From: Pseudomonas aeruginosa | GTDB taxonomy: Bacteria > Pseudomonadota > Gammaproteobacteria > Pseudomonadales > Pseudomonadaceae | DNA length: 32,000 nucleotides | NCBI RefSeq assembly: GCF_001457615.1 | Contig: NZ_LN831024.1 | Span: 4,650,001-4,682,000 of the forward strand | Direction: 5' to 3' | In this document: piece by piece, positions 26,698 through 32,000 of the stretch | Numbering within the stretch: position 1 is the stretch's first letter | How the letters are laid out: every line of letters begins with the position of its first letter | Program-made: the position numbers and the translations under genes | Notes under the pieces: model-generated | What the model was told of the DNA's origin: nothing | Seen by the model: the letters and a program-made list of their open reading frames with translations, nothing else | Databases searched by the model: none

Positions 26698-27662
26698 TCC
26701 AGCACCTCGCCCTCGACGCCCTCCAGCGACACCTCGCCGGCTCTCCGCTGTACGGCTGGGCGACCAGCCTGCCCGCGCAGATCGCCGCGCGCATCGAGGA
26801 AGGCCACGGCGACCTGGCCCGTTGGTGGAGCGCGGTCCAGCGCCTGCCCCAGGTGCCCGCGCCGAAGGTCGAACTGGCCCAGCGCTTCGCCCTGCACAGC
26901 GACCACGATGCGGCGCTACAAGCGCAGGTGAAGGAAGCGCTGCAAGGGCTGATTCCCTGGCGCAAGGGGCCGTTCGACTTCTTCGGCGTACAGGTCGATA
27001 CCGAATGGCGTTCCGACTGGAAATGGGAGCGTGTCTCGCCACATGTCGAACTGCGTGGCAAACGCGTCCTCGACGTCGGCTGCGGCAACGGCTACTACCA
27101 GTGGCGCATGCTCGGCGCCGGCGCGGAAAGCGTGGTCGGGGTCGATCCGAACTGGCTGTTCCTCTGCCAGTTCCTCGCCGCCAAGCGCTACCTGCCGGAG
27201 CTGCCGGCCTGGCACCTGCCGCTGGCCCTGGAAGACCTGCCGGAGAAGCTCGAAGGCTTCGACACGGTATTCTCCATGGGCGTGCTCTATCACCGTCGCT
27301 CGCCCATCGACCACCTGCTGGCGCTCAAGGACTGCCTGAAGCGCGGCGGCGAACTGGTCCTGGAGACCCTGGTGGTGGAAGGCGACGCCAGCACCGTGCT
27401 GGTGCCCGAGGACCGCTACGCGCAGATGCGCAACGTCTGGTTCCTGCCCTCGGTGGCAGCCCTGGAGCTCTGGCTGCGCCGCGCCGGGTTCGCCGACGCG
27501 CGCTGCGTCGACGTCAGCCTGACCAGCGTCGAGGAACAACGCTCCACCGAATGGATGCGTTTCCAGTCGCTGCCGGAATTCCTCGATCCACAGGACCGTT
27601 CGCGAACCGTCGAAGGCCTGCCGGCACCGATGCGCGCCACGCTGGTGGCGCGCAAGCCCTGA
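26694..27662 (+). CDS. cmoB: tRNA U34 carboxymethyltransferase CmoB
   Basis: 322 aa. ATG 26694 is translationally coupled to cmoA. CmoB-like sequence is present ([26 protein letters not shown]; [11 protein letters not shown]; GVLYHRRSP). Confidence 0.9.
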
Positions 27663-27675
27663 CAGCGGGTAGGGT

Positions 27676-27703
27676 AAAGCCCATCCTCGGATGGGCTTTT
27701 TTT
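27676..27703 (+). terminator. Rho-independent terminator after cmoB, shared with the convergent pdxJ
   Basis: AAAGCCCATCC (27676-27686) pairs with GGATGGGCTTT (27689-27699), followed by a T-run to 27703. Confidence 0.8.
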
Positions 27704-27752
27704 CGTGCTTTCATCCGCCCCGCAGGTCGACGGGAAGCGGGGCGCGATTGCC

Positions 27753-28499
27753 TCAGCGCTTGGTCGCCGCGGCCAGCATCAGCGCTTTCATCTCGGCCAC
27801 CGCCTGCCTGAAGCCGACGAACAGGGCGTGGGCAACGATGGCGTGGCCGATGTTCAGCTCGTTGATGCCGTCGATGGCCGCGACCGGCTCGACATTGTGG
27901 TAGTGCAGGCCATGCCCGGCGTTGACGATCAGGCCGAGGGAACGCCCGAGGGCCACGCCCTCGCGTACCCGCTGCAGCTCACGGGCCTGCTCCTCGGGGT
28001 CTTCGGCGTCGGCGTAGCGACCGGTATGCAGTTCGATAGCCGGCGCGCCGACCCGGGCGGAGGCCTCGATCTGCCGCGGATCGGGATCGATGAACAGCGA
28101 CACTTCGCTGCCCACCGCAGCCAGGCGTCGCACCGCGTCGCGGATGCGCTGTTCCTGGCCGGCGACGTCGAGGCCGCCCTCGGTGGTCAGTTCCTCGCGG
28201 CGCTCGGGGACCAGGCAGCTATGCGCCGGCCGGATCTCCTCGGCGAAGGCGAGCATTTCCTCGGTGACCCCCATCTCGAAGTTCATCCGCGTCTGCAGTA
28301 CTTCCTTGAGCACTCGCACGTCGCGTTCCTGGATATGCCGGCGGTCCTCGCGCAGGTGCACGGTGATACCGTCGGCGCCGGCTTCCTCGGCGTCCAGGGC
28401 GGCCTTCACCGGGTCCGGATAGCGGGTGCCCCGGGCCTGGCGCAGGGTGGCGACGTGATCGATGTTCACGCCGAGCAGAATTCGAGTGGCTTCAGTCAC
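27753..28499 (-). CDS. pdxJ: Pyridoxine 5'-phosphate synthase PdxJ
   Basis: 248 aa. The start is GTG at 28499 with GGAG 6 nt upstream. [24 protein letters not shown]...[13 protein letters not shown] matches PdxJ. The gene overlaps the recO 3' end by 8 nt. Confidence 0.92.
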   Translation of the reverse strand: MTEATRILLGVNIDHVATLRQARGTRYPDPVKAALDAEEAGADGITVHLREDRRHIQERDVRVLKEVLQTRMNFEMGVTEEMLAFAEEIRPAHSCLVPERREELTTEGGLDVAGQEQRIRDAVRRLAAVGSEVSLFIDPDPRQIEASARVGAPAIELHTGRYADAEDPEEQARELQRVREGVALGRSLGLIVNAGHGLHYHNVEPVAAIDGINELNIGHAIVAHALFVGFRQAVAEMKALMLAAATKR

Positions 28500-29193
28500 G
28501 GGGTGACTCCTTACGGTTCATGAACAGCTCGCGGCTGACCAGCGGCCGGCCGCCCAGATGGGGAGCGAGCGCCTGGCGCATCAGGCGCTTGGCCGCCGCC
28601 AGGGCGCCGGGGGCGCTCCAGTCGGCGTCGGCCATGGATAACAGTTCGGAGCCCTGGAACAGCCCGGGTTGCAGCTGCGCCACCGGCTCCAGGCCGGCCT
28701 CTGGCAAAAGCTGGTACAACGCCTGCGGCTCGATCGGGCGCCCATCGATGTCGACATCGAGAGCGAAACCATAGCCCAGTTGCTCCAGCAGGCGCCATTC
28801 GAACGCGCGCAGCAGCGGTTCAATGGGTCGCCCCGCCGCCAGCAGCGGCAGGGTCGCGGCGTAGTGGGCGAAGATTTCCGGCTGCGGGTCTTCCGCCGGC
28901 AACAGGCGGATCAACAGCTCGTTGAGGTAGAGACCGCTGAACAGCGCCTGGCCATTGAGCAGGTTGGGAACACCGGCGCTTTCCAGCCGGGCCACGGTCT
29001 TCAGTTCGCCGCGCCCGCGCCACTCCGCTTCCAGCGGCACGAATGGCCGCGCCAGGGCGCCAGCCTTGCCGCGGGCGCCGCGCAGGACCGCGCGCAGGCG
29101 ACCCAACGGGGTGAAGAAGTCCACCAGGGCGCTGGTTTCCTTGTACGGCCGGCTATGCAGCACGTAGGTGGCTTGGGCGGCGGCGAAGGACAT
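28492..29193 (-). CDS. recO: DNA repair protein RecO
   Basis: 233 aa with ATG at 29193. RecO-like N-terminal OB region ([21 protein letters not shown]) and conserved era-recO-pdxJ synteny. Confidence 0.88.
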   Translation of the reverse strand: MSFAAAQATYVLHSRPYKETSALVDFFTPLGRLRAVLRGARGKAGALARPFVPLEAEWRGRGELKTVARLESAGVPNLLNGQALFSGLYLNELLIRLLPAEDPQPEIFAHYAATLPLLAAGRPIEPLLRAFEWRLLEQLGYGFALDVDIDGRPIEPQALYQLLPEAGLEPVAQLQPGLFQGSELLSMADADWSAPGALAAAKRLMRQALAPHLGGRPLVSRELFMNRKESPRD

Positions 29194-29253
29194 GGCGGGT
29201 CGACCGGGCGCGAGAGGAATGGCGCCCGGCTGGCGCCGGGCTGCCGGGAACGG

Positions 29254-30171
29254 TCAGAGGTCGCCGTAGCCCAGCGAGCGCAGGGCACGCTCGTCGTCGG
29301 ACCAGCCGCCCTTGACCTTGACCCAGAGGTTGAGCATGACCTTGGAGTCGAACAGCACTTCCATGTCCTTGCGCGCGTTCTGGCCGATGCTTTTGATCCG
29401 CTCGCCCTTGTCGCCGATGATGATCTTCTTCTGCCCCTCGCGCTCCACCAGGATCAGCGCATGGATATGCAGGATGCGACCTTCCTGCTTGAACTCCTCG
29501 ATCTCCACGGTGATCTGGTAGGGCAGCTCGGCGCCGAGCTGGCGCATGATCTTCTCGCGGACCAGCTCGGCGGCCAGGAAGCGGCTGCTGCGGTCGGTGA
29601 TCTGGTCTTCGGGGAAGAAGTGCTCGCTTTCCGGCAGACGCTCGGCGACCAGCTTCTCCAGCACGTCCAGGTTGGTCCCGTGCTGCGCCGAGATCGGTAC
29701 TACCTCGGCCTTCGGCAACTGCTGGGTGAGCCATTCGAGGTGCGGCAGCAGGTCGGCCTTCTCCTCGATGCGGTCGGTCTTGTTCACCGCGATCAGCACC
29801 GGGCAACTGACGTACTGCACGCGCTCCAGGACCATCTGGTCCTCTTCGGTCCAGCGGGTGCGGTCGACCACGAAGATCACCACGTCGACATCCTTCAATG
29901 CCGCGCTGGCGGTACGGTTCATGTAGCGGTTGAGGGCCTTCTCGCCGCTCTTGTGCAGGCCGGGCGTATCGACGTAGACGGCCTGCACCTCGCCCTCGGT
30001 CTTGATCCCGAGCATGTTGTGGCGGGTGGTCTGCGGCTTGCGCGAGGTGATCGCCAGCTTCTGCCCGAGGATGTGGTTGAGCAGGGTGGACTTGCCCACG
30101 TTGGGGCGGCCCACGATCGCCACGTAGCCGCAACGGCTGCCGGCGGGGATGTCGTCGTGCATGTCAGTCAT
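29254..30171 (-). CDS. era: GTPase Era
   Basis: G1 motif GRPNVGKST, then DTPG and NKTD, with a C-terminal KH domain. ATG 30171 has GGAG 7 nt upstream and gives 305 aa. ATG 30177 is too close to the SD. The gene overlaps the rnc stop. Confidence 0.92.
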   Translation of the reverse strand: MTDMHDDIPAGSRCGYVAIVGRPNVGKSTLLNHILGQKLAITSRKPQTTRHNMLGIKTEGEVQAVYVDTPGLHKSGEKALNRYMNRTASAALKDVDVVIFVVDRTRWTEEDQMVLERVQYVSCPVLIAVNKTDRIEEKADLLPHLEWLTQQLPKAEVVPISAQHGTNLDVLEKLVAERLPESEHFFPEDQITDRSSRFLAAELVREKIMRQLGAELPYQITVEIEEFKQEGRILHIHALILVEREGQKKIIIGDKGERIKSIGQNARKDMEVLFDSKVMLNLWVKVKGGWSDDERALRSLGYGDL

Positions 30172-30853
30172 GGCCATTCTCCACGCCCAGGGCCACCAGC
30201 GCGGCGGCCGCGGCCACCTGCTCGGCGATGCGGCGGCTGCCGCCGTGCCCGTGGGTCTTGTCGCTCAGCAGGGCCACTTCGCAATCGACGAAGAAGGTCC
30301 GGCAATGGGGTTCGCCCTGGATATCCACCACCTCGTAGCGCGGCAGGTCGCAGCCACGCGACTGCAGGAACTCCTGCAGGCGGGTCTTGGGGTCCTTGTT
30401 GGTGTCCACCGGGGTCAGCTCGCGCAGTTGCGGTCCGAGCCAGGCGATGATCCGCTCGCGCGCGGAGTCCATGCCGGTATCCAGGTAGATGGCGCCGATC
30501 AGGGCTTCCATCGCATCGGCGAGGATCGACTCGCGGCGGAACCCGCCGCTCTTCAGCTCGCCCGAGCCCAGCCGCAGGTAGTCGCCCACCTCGAAGCCGC
30601 GCGCCAGCAGGGCCAGGGTCTCGCCCTTGACCAGTCGCGCGCGCAGGCGCGAAAGCTGGCCTTCGCGAGCCTGCGGGAAGTGGTGGAACAGCGCCTCGCC
30701 GATGACGAAGTTGAGAATGGCGTCACCGAGGAACTCCAGGCGCTCGTTGTTGCGCCCGGCGTAGCTGCGATGGGTCAGGGCCAGGACCATGAGGTCCCGG
30801 TCTTTGAAGGTATAGCCGAGCTTGCGCTCGAGTCGGTCCAGCGAATTACTCAC
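30164..30853 (-). CDS. rnc: Ribonuclease III
   Basis: 229 aa. The start is GTG at 30853, overlapping the upstream stop (GTGA). The RNase III signature ERLEFLGDA is present, plus a C-terminal dsRBD. Confidence 0.92.
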   Translation of the reverse strand: MSNSLDRLERKLGYTFKDRDLMVLALTHRSYAGRNNERLEFLGDAILNFVIGEALFHHFPQAREGQLSRLRARLVKGETLALLARGFEVGDYLRLGSGELKSGGFRRESILADAMEALIGAIYLDTGMDSARERIIAWLGPQLRELTPVDTNKDPKTRLQEFLQSRGCDLPRYEVVDIQGEPHCRTFFVDCEVALLSDKTHGHGGSRRIAEQVAAAAALVALGVENGHD

Positions 30854-31227
30854 GGCATGCGTACACGGAATTCTTTGTCGAAGTGGACCACCAGGTCGAT
30901 GTTGCTGATCAGTGGCTCGCGTTTTTCATATTTCAGGTGCGCCCGGAATTGGTTGTCTTCCAGTTGCACCTCCAGGGCCTTCTCCAGGTCCAGGTTGCGG
31001 ATGCCGTTGATCTGCATCCCCTTGCCGACGTAGCTGTAGAACTCCGGCACGGAACGCACCTCGGCCGCCTTGTCGGTCTCCACGGAAGTGATCACCTTCT
31101 CCAGCGAGTAGTAATCCATGTAGTGCGGGATGATCTTGAACGCGGCGCTGGCGAAGAACGCCACCACGCCCAGCACCACCAGCCACCCCAGCAGGGACAT
31201 CCCCTTCTGCGAACGCGCGAACCTCAT
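30850..31227 (-). CDS. Small membrane-anchored protein, DUF4845-like
   Basis: [41 protein letters not shown]... has a single N-terminal TM segment. Start is ATG 31227, with alternatives at 31239 and 31278. It occupies the lepB-rnc position typical of pseudomonads. Confidence 0.75.
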   Translation of the reverse strand: MRFARSQKGMSLLGWLVVLGVVAFFASAAFKIIPHYMDYYSLEKVITSVETDKAAEVRSVPEFYSYVGKGMQINGIRNLDLEKALEVQLEDNQFRAHLKYEKREPLISNIDLVVHFDKEFRVRMP

Positions 31228-31305
31228 GTCGGACCTCATGTCAGTGTAGTTATTCCGTCCAGCGAGCGGTAACGCCATCGGGCAGGGCCCTGCGGCGGCG
31301 TTCGC

Positions 31306-31343
31306 GGAAGTGAAAGCGGGGCTGCCCTCGGGAGCAGCCCCGC
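31306..31343 (-). terminator. Terminator-like hairpin after lepB
   Basis: GCGGGGCTGC (31316-31325) pairs with GCAGCCCCGC (31334-31343). On the minus strand it is followed by TTTCACTTCC. Confidence 0.55.
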
Positions 31344-31395
31344 TTCGCGATTATTCAGCAGGAGCGCCCTTCCGCGTGGCGAACCTGCGCACAGG

Positions 31396-32000
31396 TCAGT
31401 GAATCACGCCGACCCGGGAGAAGTTCGGCAGGTTGCTCATCTTCGGATCGGGCCAGCTCATCCACACGGCGAAGGCCTTGCCGACGATATTGCGGTCCGG
31501 AACCATGCCCAGCAGATCCTTGGGGATCTTCGGATCGTTCCAGTAGCGGCTGTCGTTGGAGTTGTCGCGGTTGTCGCCCATCATGAAGTAGTGGCCGGCG
31601 GGAATGGTCCACTGGCGGTCGGGCTCGATGCGATAGCGGCTCATTTCCTTGCGGATCAGGTGCTCGGCCTGGCCCAGCTTCTCCTGGTACAGGGTCACGC
31701 TGCCCAGGGTGCCCGGTTCCTCGCCGACCAGTTTCTCCGCCACCAGCTCGCCGTTGACGTACAGGCGCTTTTCCTTGGTATAGCGCACGGTGTCGCCGGG
31801 CAGGCCGACCACGCGCTTGATGTAGTTGATGTTCGGTTCGCTGGGATAGCGGAACACCATGACATCGCCGCGCTGCGGGTCGCCGATCGGGATCACCTTG
31901 GTGTCCAGCACCGGCAGGCGGATACCGTAGGCGAACTTGTTGACCAGGATGAAATCGCCGACCTCGAGGGTAGGTTTCATCGACCCCGAGGGAATCTGGA
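31396..32000 (-). CDS. lepB: Signal peptidase I LepB, C-terminal part (5' end lies outside the window)
   Basis: The frame stays open to the window edge. It reads ...QIPSGSMKPTL (catalytic Ser box), then GDFILVNKF, YIKRVVGLPGD, and GDNRDNSNDSRYW (box E). The stop is at 31396-31398. Confidence 0.92.
   Translation of the reverse strand, partial: QIPSGSMKPTLEVGDFILVNKFAYGIRLPVLDTKVIPIGDPQRGDVMVFRYPSEPNINYIKRVVGLPGDTVRYTKEKRLYVNGELVAEKLVGEEPGTLGSVTLYQEKLGQAEHLIRKEMSRYRIEPDRQWTIPAGHYFMMGDNRDNSNDSRYWNDPKIPKDLLGMVPDRNIVGKAFAVWMSWPDPKMSNLPNFSRVGVIH

Overview
Very GC-rich, gene-dense chromosomal DNA that looks like Pseudomonas aeruginosa core genome. From memory, the gene order matches PAO1 PA0793 down to PA0768 read on the opposite strand; this needs BLAST confirmation. 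I call 26 protein genes in this order:
- prpF (3' part) and prpD (methylcitrate cycle)
- an AraC-type regulator divergent from a TauE/SafE membrane protein
- a ProY-like amino-acid permease
- a small signal-peptide ORF inside a ~790-bp gap
- a ~1040-aa class-A-PBP-like protein
- a run of three minus-strand genes (azoR, sugE/gdx-type SMR, stand-alone SMC/RecF-like ATPase) divergent from a GcvA-like LysR regulator
- putA-putP (proline utilisation)
- a ZnuD-like TonB-dependent receptor
- the AraC-type regulator pruR
- the Lon-like protease asrA, with a near-consensus sigma32-type promoter
- the chagasin-family inhibitor icp
- an orphan solute-binding protein and a lipoprotein of unknown function
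- cmoA-cmoB
- the housekeeping block lepB(partial)-DUF4845-rnc-era-recO-pdxJ

I saw no tRNA, rRNA, CRISPR array, integrase, transposase or obvious compositional island. This reads as ordinary core genome, not an accessory region.

Most other long ORFs in the six-frame track are antisense or out-of-frame shadow ORFs, as expected in GC-rich DNA.

The least explained items are:
- the orphan PBP-like protein with divergent glycosyltransferase motifs and an expanded transpeptidase module
- the apparent azoR-sugE-ATPase operon
- the small secreted ORF and the long untranslated region next to it
- the hairpin-rich asrA-icp junction

I cannot show that any of these is a new system. Each claim below says what would test it.
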